From an uncultured Hormoscilla sp. (lineage in GTDB: Bacteria > Cyanobacteriota > Cyanobacteriia > Cyanobacteriales > Desertifilaceae), in assembly GCA_963921275.4 (NCBI GenBank), contig OZ001293.3:512001-576000 (forward strand): DNA of 64,000 nt, read 5' to 3'. Under the pieces are notes generated by a model that made no database searches, had not been told where the DNA came from, and worked only from the letters and a program-made list of their open reading frames with translations. How positions within the stretch are numbered: position 1 is the stretch's first letter; each line of letters opens with the position of its first letter. Below are positions 43,596 through 55,305 of this stretch, in pieces. Made by a program: the position numbers and the translations under genes.

Positions 43596-44804
43596 ATGGG
43601 GGACTACGATATCGCAATAGTCGGGGCAGGGATAGTCGGTGCAACGCTGGCTTGTGCGCTGAAAGATTCTGGGCTGAAGATAGTATTGATCGATCTTAAA
43701 CCCCAGGAAGTGGCCGCATCCAAGCAGCAAGCCTATGCCATTACCCTGCTGTCAGGGCGCATTTTATCTGGTTTGGGGCAATGGCGGGAAATCTTACCCC
43801 ATGTCACGACATTTCGCCAAATTAGTCTGTCTGATACTAACCAGAGTTTTGTCCAGTTCCGACCAGCTGATTTAGGCACGGATGCCCTCGGTTATGTGGC
43901 GTCTCATGGGGTGCTGCTGAAAACCTTACAGCAATCCCTCAATCAATCTGATAATATTAGTTGGTTATGTCCGGCGGAAGTATTAGAGGTGGACTCTCAA
44001 GCAGATGCTGTCAAGATCGCAGTCAACAAAGCCGGAGAAAGGCTGTGGCTGCAAACGAGATTGCTGGTGGCCGCCGATGGATCCCGATCGCCCATTCGCG
44101 CCCAGGCCGGTATAGGCACCCACGGCTGGAAATACTGGCAATCCTGTGTAGCAACGACAATTAAACCAGAAAAATGTCACAATAATATCGCTTACGAACG
44201 CTTTTGGCCTACCGGACCCATGGGAGTTCTGCCCCTGCCAGGAAACCGCTGTCAAGTGGTCTGGACAGCCCCCCATGCGGAAGCAAAAGCCTTACAAGAA
44301 CTTGATGAAGCCGAATTTCTGGCATTGCTGGAACAGCGCACAGCCAGTCAGTTGGGGCGTTTAGAAATAGCCGGTCCTCGCGCGCTCTATCCAGTACGGT
44401 TGATGCAGAGCGATCGCTACGTCCAACCCCGCTTGGCCCTGATCGGCGATGCGGCCCATTGCTGTCATCCCGTAGGGGGACAAGGACTGAATATGGGGAT
44501 TAGAGATGCTGCGGCCCTGGCTGAACTGCTGGTCCGGGCCCACCAAAAAGGAGAAGATATCGGGGACATCCGCATCCTGCAACCCTACGAAAACTGGCGC
44601 CAGCGGGAAAACCTGGTCATTTTAGGTTTCACCGACTTCCTCGATCGGATCTTTTCCAACAACTGGATGCCAGTAGTAGCCCTGCGTCGCCTGGGTTTAT
44701 GGATGCTACGCTCTTTTAGACCCTTCAGGTATTTGGCCCTGCGCCTCATGACTGGTTTGGGCGGGCGCACTCCCCAACTGGCGATACTGCTGCGCAGTCG
44801 CTAA
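43596..44804 (+). CDS. FAD-dependent hydroxylase, UbiH/COQ6 family
   Basis: GAGIVG, ADG, GDAAH..HPVGGQGLNMG.RD; last codons come from a micro-insertion. Confidence 0.9.
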   Translation: MGDYDIAIVGAGIVGATLACALKDSGLKIVLIDLKPQEVAASKQQAYAITLLSGRILSGLGQWREILPHVTTFRQISLSDTNQSFVQFRPADLGTDALGYVASHGVLLKTLQQSLNQSDNISWLCPAEVLEVDSQADAVKIAVNKAGERLWLQTRLLVAADGSRSPIRAQAGIGTHGWKYWQSCVATTIKPEKCHNNIAYERFWPTGPMGVLPLPGNRCQVVWTAPHAEAKALQELDEAEFLALLEQRTASQLGRLEIAGPRALYPVRLMQSDRYVQPRLALIGDAAHCCHPVGGQGLNMGIRDAAALAELLVRAHQKGEDIGDIRILQPYENWRQRENLVILGFTDFLDRIFSNNWMPVVALRRLGLWMLRSFRPFRYLALRLMTGLGGRTPQLAILLRSR

Positions 44805-44874
44805 CGCGATTGCACGGACTCCTGTCTGACCCGGCGCTGTAGAATGGCAACAGTTAACAGACTACCGGAGTCTG

Positions 44875-45011
44875 GGCACATACGAAGCGTCTATATAAAA
44901 GGATCGTCTGAAACCCTCATCCAGTAAGGGATATAGCAGTTTTATCCTCTGGGAACAAAACACCTGTAAAGGTTTCAGCAGTTTTCTTGAATCTTACGCT
45001 TCGTATGTGCC
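44875..45011. mobile_element. MITE
   Basis: Perfect 16-bp TIR GGCACATACGAAGCGT; 8-bp TSD GGAGTCTG. Confidence 0.85.
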
Positions 45012-45044
45012 GGAGTCTGCCGATAGTACCTTAATTGTTTTGTG

Positions 45045-45602
45045 ATGGCTTACCTCATGCTTTCTGCGAAAATGCCTCCTTTTGACCGGATGTTCGTAGT
45101 AAGCACTTCAGTGCTTCCGATTTTTCCGGAACGGTGCGCGAGAACACTAAAGTGTTTACTACTGTTGCTATCCTGGGCCATGACGATCGCGGTGGCGAAC
45201 TACGCCCTTCCCGCTCGTCCCCAAACGACCAGTCCTAGCAACCAAAGTAGCGCCATTACCCTGCGATCGGACATTCAAGAAGCCAATGCCAAGACCGGCG
45301 TAGTGACAGCTCGCGGTAACGTACAAATCATTTATCCGACGCGAGAAATCAGGGCAACCGCTGCTCAAGCTCAATATTTCAGCCACGAACGTCGCATCGT
45401 CCTCACTGGCAATGTTTATGTTATCCAGTCGGGCAATAGCCTCCGGGCCGAAAACGTCACCTACCTAATTGATGAAGGACGATTTATCGCCCAACCCTTG
45501 GACAACAACCAGGTAGAATCAATCTATATCGTGCCCGAAGCAGACGCGACAGCTGACAGTACGGCAACCCCAAGACTAAATTTGCCAAGTAGTCAACCTT
45601 AA
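45045..45602 (+). CDS. lptA: LptA/OstA family protein
   Basis: SD.QEAN..TGVVTARGNV, ATAAQAQY, GNVYVIQ; start uncertain, with a REP-like element in the 5' part. Confidence 0.8.
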   Translation: MAYLMLSAKMPPFDRMFVVSTSVLPIFPERCARTLKCLLLLLSWAMTIAVANYALPARPQTTSPSNQSSAITLRSDIQEANAKTGVVTARGNVQIIYPTREIRATAAQAQYFSHERRIVLTGNVYVIQSGNSLRAENVTYLIDEGRFIAQPLDNNQVESIYIVPEADATADSTATPRLNLPSSQP

Positions 45603-46121
45603 GATAGAACTACAGAATTGAGAATAGAAAATAGAAAATAGAAAAGGTCGAAGGTCGAATTAGCAATTATACTTTGAAAGGGATTGCGCTGCGCGCACCG
45701 ACAGGCTACCGGTCCTACGCGAACGACTTGAGCGGTAGGTCGAAGAACGTGTCATTGCGAGGGGGGGCTCCCAAAACCGTAACTGCGATCAGCACCATAG
45801 TCCGACCCCCCCGAAGCAATCTCCTGCTCAGCACGCGGAGATTACTAGCCCTCCTGGCGTCGGGCAGCTGCGCTAACGGGGGGGTAGCTACTCAAAAAGC
45901 ATAAGGATATCTCAATTATCCCCCCCTCGCAATGACATATTTACAGCCTTCATATGCGCAGTTTATGACCGTTCGATGTCTCTGGGGTAGTGCGAGGTGT
46001 CCCCCCTTTTGTGCTTTTAGCGCTCCCGGGGGACACCGAAAGCGTCCCCTCTGGGGGACATCCAAAGAGTATAGCAATTAGCAATTAGCCATTGACTATT
46101 ATCCTTTGACTATTAGCAGAT

Positions 46122-46850
46122 GTGAAAATTGGACTGGAAAATATTCATAAATCCTATGGACAGCGCGTCGTGGTAAATCGCGTTAATCTTTCTGTAGCTC
46201 AAGGAGAAGTAGTAGGGCTATTGGGTACTAATGGTGCCGGTAAAACGACAACTTTTTACATTGCTACGGGTTTAGAAAAGCCAAATCAGGGTAAAGTTTG
46301 GCTAGACGATCGCGACATCACTACTGAACCGATACACCAGCGGGCGAAACTGGGTATTGGCTATCTGCCCCAGCAGCCTAGCATTTTTCGCCATCTCAGC
46401 GTACAGGATAATCTGCTGTTGGTGCTAGAACAAACCGGTGTTCCCCGTCGTGAATGGGGTTCCCGTCTATATCAGTTACTCCGGGAGTTTCGCCTGGAAA
46501 AGGTCGCTGCTACCCCTGGTATTCAAGTTTCCGGAGGCGAACGGCGACGCACTGAACTGGCACGAGTCCTGGCCGCTGGTCGCGATCGACCTAAGTTTTT
46601 ACTCTTGGATGAACCCTTTGCTGGAGTAGACCCGATCTCCGTTTCCGAAATTCAAGAAATTGTCCAAAAGTTGCGAGATCGGCAGATCGGCATTCTGATC
46701 ACCGACCACAATGTCCGCGAAACCCTAGCCATCACAGATAGAGCTTATATTATGCGAGAAGGAAAAATACTGGCATCTGGTAGCGCAGAGGAACTCTATG
46801 AAAACCCCTTGGTGCGACAATATTATTTAGGTGATAAATTTAAGCGATAA
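46122..46850 (+). CDS. lptB: LPS export ABC transporter ATPase
   Basis: G.NGAGKTTTFY, SGGERRR, LLDEPFAGVDP, ITDHNVRETL. Confidence 0.93.
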   Translation: MKIGLENIHKSYGQRVVVNRVNLSVAQGEVVGLLGTNGAGKTTTFYIATGLEKPNQGKVWLDDRDITTEPIHQRAKLGIGYLPQQPSIFRHLSVQDNLLLVLEQTGVPRREWGSRLYQLLREFRLEKVAATPGIQVSGGERRRTELARVLAAGRDRPKFLLLDEPFAGVDPISVSEIQEIVQKLRDRQIGILITDHNVRETLAITDRAYIMREGKILASGSAEELYENPLVRQYYLGDKFKR

Positions 46851-46931
46851 TTAAAAATGGAGAATTTAAAATGGGAAATTGAGAATGGGAAATTGAGGAT
46901 GGCAATTAGCAATTAACAATTAGCAATCAAC

Positions 46932-48107
46932 ATGATATCTAGTAGTTACAAGGACGCCACTAATCTTCTCAGTGGAATTCTTCCCAGAATTTCGGTTATG
47001 GACCGCTACATAATCTCGGAGTTAGTAGGGCCCTTTTTGTTTGGTGTGGGGGCGTTTTCTTCCATTGGGGTGGCAATAGGATCCCTATTTGAACTGGTGC
47101 GGGAAATCACAGACTCAGAACTGCCGATCACGATCGCCCTCAAAGTCCTGTTGCTACAGATGCCCTATTTCATCTCGCTGGCCCTACCCACTGCGATGTT
47201 GCTAGCAACTTTAATCGGTTACTGTCGCCTATCTAGCGACAGTGAATTAATTGCTTTACGCAGCTGTGGGATAAGTATCTATCGCTTAGTGCTACCTGCC
47301 CTGATCGTAAGTCTGCTCGTGACAGGAGTGAACTTTACCTTTAACGAATTAGTAGTACCTGCCGCCCGTTTTGAGGCCGCCATTACCCTAGAGAAAGCCC
47401 TGAAGAAAGAAAAGCCGAACTTTCGAGAAAGTAATATATTTTATCCCGAATATGGCAATATCAAAAGACCAGATGGAAAAAAAATCAGGATCCTCGCCCG
47501 GTTATTCTATGCCGAACAGTTTGACGGTCAGCAAATGAGCGGCTTGACTATTATCGATCGCTCTCACGGTCAATTAAATCAAATAATAGTATCGCAATCA
47601 GCTGCCTGGAACCCGACAGAAAACATCTGGGATTTTTTTAACGGGACAATTTATCTAGTAGATCCAGATGGTTCCTATCGCAATATCATCAAGTTCGATC
47701 AGCAACAGCTGCAACTTCCTCGGGCCCCCTTAGACTTAGCAGCAAGAGGTCGCGACTACGGAGAAATGAACATTGCCCAGTCGAGAGCCTATCTAAAGAT
47801 TATTCAAACGGGCAGAAATGAAAAGAAAATCATCAAGCTGAAAATTAGAATTCAACAAAGATATGCCTTGCCTTTTGCCTGTGTAGCTTTTGGCTTGATG
47901 GGGGCGGCATTGGAAATACAACAGCGCACTGGCAGGGGGACTGGTTTTGGGATTAGTGTCTTAGCTGTGTTTATTTATTATGTGTTGATGTCCATTGGCG
48001 ATGCCCTGGGGTTGAGTGGCATTATCACGCCTTGGATGGCTGGCTGGTTGCCAACTACTTGTGGCTTTGGGGTGGGCCTATTTCTGTTACTTCGCGCTGC
48101 CCGGTAA
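46932..48107 (+). CDS. LptF/LptG permease
   Basis: DRYI, LSSDSELIAL.S.G.S, six TM segments; follows lptA and lptB. Confidence 0.9.
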   Translation: MISSSYKDATNLLSGILPRISVMDRYIISELVGPFLFGVGAFSSIGVAIGSLFELVREITDSELPITIALKVLLLQMPYFISLALPTAMLLATLIGYCRLSSDSELIALRSCGISIYRLVLPALIVSLLVTGVNFTFNELVVPAARFEAAITLEKALKKEKPNFRESNIFYPEYGNIKRPDGKKIRILARLFYAEQFDGQQMSGLTIIDRSHGQLNQIIVSQSAAWNPTENIWDFFNGTIYLVDPDGSYRNIIKFDQQQLQLPRAPLDLAARGRDYGEMNIAQSRAYLKIIQTGRNEKKIIKLKIRIQQRYALPFACVAFGLMGAALEIQQRTGRGTGFGISVLAVFIYYVLMSIGDALGLSGIITPWMAGWLPTTCGFGVGLFLLLRAAR

Positions 48108-48437
48108 AGAAGTAAGGGTTGGTGGCGAATAGATGAAGTTGGTCTCCGGAATACTCGGAGGGAAATCTGTAGCTAGAGTATGTCTTCATATCGGGGGGAC
48201 TGGTCCTGCTGCATGGGCATTGATGTAAGATCTGCAAGATGCCTGTGTTGGATAGGCTTCTTGTCTGTTGTTGTAGACCAGCAGTAAATAGGGCTGCTTG
48301 TGATAATATTCTCGATGTTAATGGTAACGAGGCTGCAGAGACTAGACTATATCCGAGCACCGGTCCGATGGCCCACTATCTGGATTTTACTTACTGCTGC
48401 TTATACACTGTGAATGTACACGTTTAGAGAGAATGTC

Positions 48438-50561
48438 ATGGAACAAATAGTCAGACCAGTACAAGCAACTCCGCTGATATCTCCAGCGGGTACGATCGTG
48501 AGCTTTGATCTCGAATATACGACTGACCCGGCTAACTCGGGAACGTCGGGTTTGGGACTGCGATTGCATTGGGACTCAACTCAGCTGACTTTCGATAGTC
48601 TGGAGAATGTTTTCGAGGGTGATTTTTTGGCAACCGGGACGCCGATTGATGATACTGATGATTTGGATGGCGATCCAAATACGGATAGGTTGATTATCGT
48701 TAGTTGGGTAGATTTTACTGGCGGAACTTGGCCAAATGACCCCTCAACTCTGCCAGTGGTACTCTACACGGCAAACTTCACGACATCACGGGATTTTGCG
48801 GACGCGACAACGCTTAATTTTACGGCCTCATCCACATCACCGGGTTTCGAGTTAGTTCCCTCTCCTGTAATTATCCAGGAAGAAGAAGTCTTACCTCCAG
48901 CAATAGTCATGATCGCAGCCCGGGCTACCGATCCTACCGCAGCCGAGGAAGGTGGAGACCCGGGGACATTTACCATCTCCCGTACAGGCAGCGCCACCGA
49001 AGCGCTAACAGTCCAGTACAGCGTGGCCGGTTCTGCTGAGGCCGCAGACTATAGTGCAGAACTGACAGGCACCGCCACTATGGCAGCTGGTCAATCTTCG
49101 GTGGAGATTACTATTACTCCCATTGACGACGATGAACTAGAAGGGCCAGAGACAGTAGAGCTGACCATAATAGATGCAGCTGACTATGACTTGAGTGCTG
49201 AAACCGTGGCCACTGTGACTATTGCAGACAATGAAGATGCGATCGTACCTCCAGCCATAGCCACAGTCGCAGTCCAGGCCACCGATCCCATAGCGGCCGA
49301 AGAAGGCAGCGACCCAGCCACATTCACCATCACCCGCACAGGTAGCACCACCGAGGCCCTGCCAGTCCAGTACAGCCTGACCCGCACTACAGAGACCACC
49401 GGTAGCACCACTGAACAGACCAGCATCGTTATCATACCCGCAGGCCAATCATCAACAGAAGTCGTCATTGCTCCCGTTGACGACGATATACCAGAAGGTC
49501 TAGAGACAATAGAGCTGGCCATAATAGACACAGCCGACTATGATCTAAGCACCGAATCCGTAGCCACCATAACCATCACCGACAACGATGCAAACACAAA
49601 TGGCCGCAGCGAAGGTCCAGACTTGGCCATCAGCATCACAGACGCGCCAGACCAAGCCCGAGAAGCTAATCTGCTGACTTACACCCTGACTGTGATCAAT
49701 GAAGGAGACAGGGCCGCAACCGATATCGTAGTCGAGAATACCTTGCCCTTTGGCTTCCGGACCACTGATATAGGTGCCGGTAACTTCACAGCCAGTCAAA
49801 CTGGTAACGTGATTACCTTCACAGGTGGTAGCCTAGATGCTGGAGCCAACGCCATGCTGACGATCGCAGGTACAGCTCCCACAACCGGCCCATTACCCAT
49901 AACAGTCAATAACCGAGCCGAGGTGGACCCCGATAACGCGATCGCGGAAGGTGACGAAACCAATAACGTTGCCACAGAAACCACCACAGTAACGCCGCTA
50001 GCCGACCCGCTTGAGATCCCGGGCACAGACGGCGACGATCAGCTGATCGGCACCCAAGTCAGCGATCTCATAGAAGGCCGAGCAGGAAATGACTTGATCA
50101 TAGGTGTGGCCAGTGCCGACTTGTTAAGTGGCGGAGCCGATAACGACAACATCTTTGGCCAACTGGGTAACGACATACTCAATGGCGGTTCAGGAGACGA
50201 CACGCTCAATGGGGGTGAAGGCAACGATACACTTAGCGGCGGCCCTGGCAAAGACTTCCTCGAAGGAGGTCCAGACGGTGATGCCTTCGCGCTGCCAAAT
50301 GCCACAGGAATCACCAACATCGATCAGGCAGATGTGATCTTGGCCTATCAGGTAGGTTTTGATACGATCCTCCTGACAGAGGGGCTAACCTTCGAAGACC
50401 TACGTCTGGAGCCAACACGGCTCACCATAGAATTCGGAAGTCAGACATTCACCGCAGAAAGCACAGCCATCATCAATACCTCGTCGAATGACATCTTAGC
50501 AGTCGTTTTCGAGGTGACACCTGACCGGATAATGGACGGTAGTGACTTCGTTCCTGTATAA
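48438..50561 (+). CDS. secreted Ca-binding protein with Calx-beta-like, DUF11 and RTX repeats
   Basis: Two Calx-beta-like repeats, DL.IS.TD.PD...LTYT motif, GGxGxDxL nonapeptides. Confidence 0.8.
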   Translation: MEQIVRPVQATPLISPAGTIVSFDLEYTTDPANSGTSGLGLRLHWDSTQLTFDSLENVFEGDFLATGTPIDDTDDLDGDPNTDRLIIVSWVDFTGGTWPNDPSTLPVVLYTANFTTSRDFADATTLNFTASSTSPGFELVPSPVIIQEEEVLPPAIVMIAARATDPTAAEEGGDPGTFTISRTGSATEALTVQYSVAGSAEAADYSAELTGTATMAAGQSSVEITITPIDDDELEGPETVELTIIDAADYDLSAETVATVTIADNEDAIVPPAIATVAVQATDPIAAEEGSDPATFTITRTGSTTEALPVQYSLTRTTETTGSTTEQTSIVIIPAGQSSTEVVIAPVDDDIPEGLETIELAIIDTADYDLSTESVATITITDNDANTNGRSEGPDLAISITDAPDQAREANLLTYTLTVINEGDRAATDIVVENTLPFGFRTTDIGAGNFTASQTGNVITFTGGSLDAGANAMLTIAGTAPTTGPLPITVNNRAEVDPDNAIAEGDETNNVATETTTVTPLADPLEIPGTDGDDQLIGTQVSDLIEGRAGNDLIIGVASADLLSGGADNDNIFGQLGNDILNGGSGDDTLNGGEGNDTLSGGPGKDFLEGGPDGDAFALPNATGITNIDQADVILAYQVGFDTILLTEGLTFEDLRLEPTRLTIEFGSQTFTAESTAIINTSSNDILAVVFEVTPDRIMDGSDFVPV

Positions 50562-50741
50562 GTCGGACTATTCTAAGGGAGTCCCTACCCCTTGACAGAA
50601 AAAGCGATCGCCTTGAAACCCGGTATGAGCAAAAACCCGGGTTTCAAGTGCGATTACGATGTCTCGGCGATGTGCGATTAATGTGCTCCGCTTAGAGGGG
50701 CGAAGGCTAGTGGTTAAAATACTGCGGGGGATTGCAGAAAG

Positions 50742-52656
50742 ATGGACATAGACCAGAATGGGATAATAGATGCATTGACGGACGGCATCCTGATTCTCCG
50801 CTATCTGCTTGGGATCGGAGGTGATGCTCTGACGCAAAACGCGATCGGCCCGCGGACGGTCCGAAAAATCGGACCAGGTGCGATCCGTTCGGATCCCACT
50901 GATGTTGTAGCGTACTTGGAACAGTTGCGCGACAGTTTGTTGGATGTGGATGGTAATGGGTCGGCAGATGCTCTGAACAGACGGTATCCTAATCATTCGT
51001 TATTTGTTTAGGATCTCAGGTGATGCTCTAGTAGATGGCGCGATCGGCCCTAATGCTACCCGTACTACTACAGAGGCGATCGCCTCCTTCCTGGAACAAT
51101 TTAACAGCCACGCAACAGCAGGAATGATAGAATTCTCTCAAGCTAGCTACAGCGTAGACGAGAATGGCGTTAATGCCACGATCGCAGTGACGCGGTCGGG
51201 TGGCAGCGATGGAGAAGTAACGGTTAATTATACTACCTTGGATGGCAACGCGACAGCAGGAGATGATTACATTAGTCAGGAGGGCGTACTCACTTTTGCA
51301 GATGGGGAAACTTTTCAAACCTTTGAGATCTCGATCGCGGACGATGCGGTGGAGGAGCTTGCGGAAACGATCAACTTGGTTTTGTCTAACCCTGTAAATG
51401 GAGCAACTCTGGGAAGCAACGATCGGGCTATACTTACAATAATAAATAATGATCGGTCCGAGAGTAACGGTTTTAATATAGAATTAGACTATCGGTTTGA
51501 TAGCACGGGATTTTTCGATGACCTCGATCGCCGGGCCGCCTTAGCAGCGGTAGCTGAGATCTGGGAGAGTTTTATCCAAGATGATTTTACCAACGTGCCA
51601 GCGGGAATCTCCTTTGCGGTGGAAAATCCGACCACAGGGGAGACGGAAATGGTTGTCTTGGACGCAGAAATTGACGATCTGCTGATCTTTGTAGGGGCCC
51701 GATTGCTCCCGGGTAATACTAGAGCCCAAGCTGGACCGGATGGCGTGAATGCTGTGGGCAGTATTTTCTCCAACCGACTCCAAGGCAGTAATTTTGAACC
51801 TTGGGTGGGGAGTATGACCTTCGCGCAGGAGGCGAATTGGTTTTTTGACCTCACGCCGGAAACAGATGATGACATTCCTTTCGGACAAAGCGACTTTATA
51901 ACTACCGCTTTGCACGAGATCGGACATATTTTGGGCATTGGTATTGCTGATATTTTCCAAGAAATAGGTGCGGGAGCAGCTTTTGATGGTTTTAATGCCA
52001 TAGCTGTCAATGGAGGCGATCCTATTCCTCTAGAAAGTAATTTAGTTCATGTCCAAGATGGGTTTCTGAATAATACTGTGCTGATGGACCCCAGAATTGC
52101 TGCCGGAACGCGGAAATTACCAACTCAGGTTGACTTGGCCCTGTTGGCAGATATTGGCTATGAAATATCAGGCTTTACAGCTCAAGGGGAAACGCCAGCG
52201 ATCGCCACTCCCGAAGATGACGTCACCATCTTCGGCACCATTATAGCTGATACCATCGACGGTTTGGGTGGCTCCGACCAAATTCAAGGCGATCGGGGCG
52301 ACGATCTGCTTGATGGTGGTGACGGAGACGATCTGATCTTTGGCGAAGAAGGTAACGATACTCTTAATGGTGGTGTTGACGATGACATCCTCATCGGTGG
52401 GGAGGGAATAGATACATTTTTCTTTGCCGCCAACAATGGCGCAGATAGGATCGAAGATTTTGATATCGCTGAGGATGCGATCGCCCTAGTAGCTACGCTA
52501 GGTTTTGCTACCGGACAAGATGTGATAGAAGCAATTACGACACGAGGTAATGTTACTGGTGGAGGACGGTTTGCAGTCGTCACCCTCAGCCCGGAAAACC
52601 AAATCATAATTTTAGCTGATAATGATATTACCGCTGCTAATTTTATAATTGTCTGA
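50742..52656 (+). pseudogene. Calx-beta, zinc-metalloprotease (HEIGH) and RTX protein, frameshifted near 50975
   Basis: DIDQNG..DALTDG repeats, Calx-beta motif, TALHEIGHILG, RTX repeats. Confidence 0.7.
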
Positions 52657-52724
52657 GGATAAATAAAAATATTATTTTTGATATTGAATTGACAACAGAG
52701 AGAATATAAGGTAAGAGGTGGGCA

Positions 52725-53667
52725 GTGCGAATTGTTTTGGCGTAAGTCTGAAATATGGCGATAGCCGGGCTGGTTAATACCAGCAACTCTGGTCATCATG
52801 GGGGTTCAATTCCCCTTCCCCCAGGTACGGGGGTGACCGCGTGAGGTGCTGCGGAGTAACATTACCGTGGTGCCTCCCGAGGACAAATGTAGGATAAGGT
52901 CTCAGCCCAGAGACCGACGCCGCATGGCTGCGCCACGCTGCGCGATCGGAAAGAGGCTCATGGTTAGAGCAAGCGAATCCCTGTAAGCATCGTCATCTTA
53001 AACAAGCGAAAAGAGGCTGACACGCTTGGTGCAAAATGCGCACGCAGTCCGCGTATCAGTGGTTGCATGTCACTGATATCGTACCCGAAATGACTGCCGG
53101 TGTATAGGGGAGACCTAAAAGCCTCGTGAAATGATACCAGGGAACGTTCCGGACAAGAGCGGTGCTGTCCAGATGGACAAGTCAGATGTGCGTCCGCGTA
53201 GCGTGCGCGCAGCGCCTAGCGCATGCCCGCGTGGGGAGGGAGGTCCTAAGAAGCTAATGCCCGGGGTAATGCCTGTGGATATGCAGACGTAGGACGGATA
53301 TGGTAAAAAGCTCTAGGAGATAGTAGCCCTCTAAACGTGCTTAACCAGTGGCAACACTAGGTAGTAATGATGGACTGAAATCCTAACCGGGTAAAAAATT
53401 TAGAGGCCCCATACGGGCACCTGTTAGTAAAGAACGGTCATAGTGGTTTTCTAGTTCTCCCCCGTAAACCTTCCGGAGTTAGGTACTCAACTAGTTCATG
53501 ACTGACCATAAAGGGGCTATATTTCATAGGGCAAGGGACAACGGGAGTAATCTCTAGTAATCCTACCCGTGACAAGGGTTTACCAACCAGTAGCCGTGTG
53601 CGGTGAAAGTCGCTCTTCAGGTTCCGAATGGGAGGATTGTCCCGCGAGGGACAGCTCGACCCCGACC
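52725..53667 (+). ncRNA. ORF-less group II intron (intergenic, diverged, with micro-insertions)
   Basis: GTGCGAATTG start; homologous to the 17246 intron; DV near 53592; ends TCGACCCCGACC. Confidence 0.85.
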
Positions 53668-55305
53668 ATACTCCCTGTCAACAGAAAATAATTATTAATT
53701 AAATATAGAAGTAGCCGATAAGCGAATGAAACTATAGGAGTGAAAAAAATGGATATAATTTACGGGACGGCTGGAAATGATGCGATCGTCGGTACAGCAG
53801 AGAATGACATCATAGTTGCCAGAGCTGGAAATGACGATCGTGTTTCCCTTTCAAGGAGATGACGATCGTGATTGCCAGCACGGGTAATGACTCGATAGAC
53901 GGTGGCGAAGGTGATGATATCATCAGATCGGGTCCAGGTAATGACCAGCTTGATGGTGAAAACGGTAATGATATTCTCGATGGAGACCAAAACAGAGATA
54001 CATTAACAGGAGGTCCGGGCAGAGATATATTTGTGCTCAGTTCAGGAGAATATCTGATTAGGGACTTTGTTGATGGTGAAGATTTGCTCGGGTTATCAGA
54101 TGGTATAACCTTTAATCAGCTGCTGATATCTACAGGAATTGGTGCTAATGCAGGGGACACGAATATTCTGCGTAACGGTAAAGTATTGGCAAGATTAGAA
54201 AATGTTAACCCCAGGAAGATCGATCGGAATGATTTTACCACGAACCTGACACCAATATCAACACCGACACCGACACGCTGCGCTAACACCGACACCGACA
54301 CACAGCTACGCCTGCGCTATCAAATCCAGGCAGATTAGCATTTTCTCAACCTACCTACAATGTCAGGGAAAATGTACTCACTGCTACAATTACAGTCGCG
54401 CGATCGGGTGGTAGCGATGGTGCAGTTAGCGCAAATTATAGCACTTTCAATGGCACAGCTACAGCGGGATCGGATTATTTGTCTACATCAGGGAGACTGA
54501 ATTTTGCTGATGGAGAGACTAGGAAAACTTTTACCATCTCTATCCGGGATGATAATGTGGTTGAGGGGAACGAGACTGTTAACTTGCTTTTGAGCAACCC
54601 TAGGGGTGGGGGAGATCTAGGGACGCAAAATACTGCTACGATCCCTTCGGGATGCATGGCAAAAACCCCTCAGGCATCGCTCTGACAATTGTAGATGCCG
54701 AACCCATCAGTTCTGGCATTAACATTGGACCAACAGCACAAGAGCAGGAAATGATGGAGATGCTCAACCGGATGTGCTTCGATGTCTGAGGGATGCATGG
54801 CAAAAACCCCTCAGACATCGCGAACCCATCTGGAGAGTTGGGCATTTTGGTTAACAGTCTTAACCCCATCTCTTCACCAGATCCGGATGTCAACAGGGTG
54901 CTCAATTTCTTTAATGTTGATGGTAATCTATTGGCATCCCAGTGGAGCAGTCTGACCCCAGCACCCCCACTTGCTTGGTCTGAAGAGCTGCACGATGCTG
55001 CTAGCGGTCATGGCCAGCAGATAATTGCTTGGGATCGACAGTCCCATCAACTCCCTGGCGAGCAGCCTTTAGGCCAGCGGATTGCTAATGCTGGGTATAA
55101 TAATGTTTCTGGCTATGCTGAGAATATCTTTGCTTTCTCAGAGTCGGTCTTCTACGGTCACGCTGGGTTGGCGATACTGCTGCGCAGTCGCTGCGCGAAC
55201 GACTGGGATGACAGCTTGACGGGGATCCAAAACCCGCCCATCGATGCCTTCCGGACGCACGGCGAAAACCCGGAAGGCATCGCACCGTAATATTATGATG
55301 AGCAG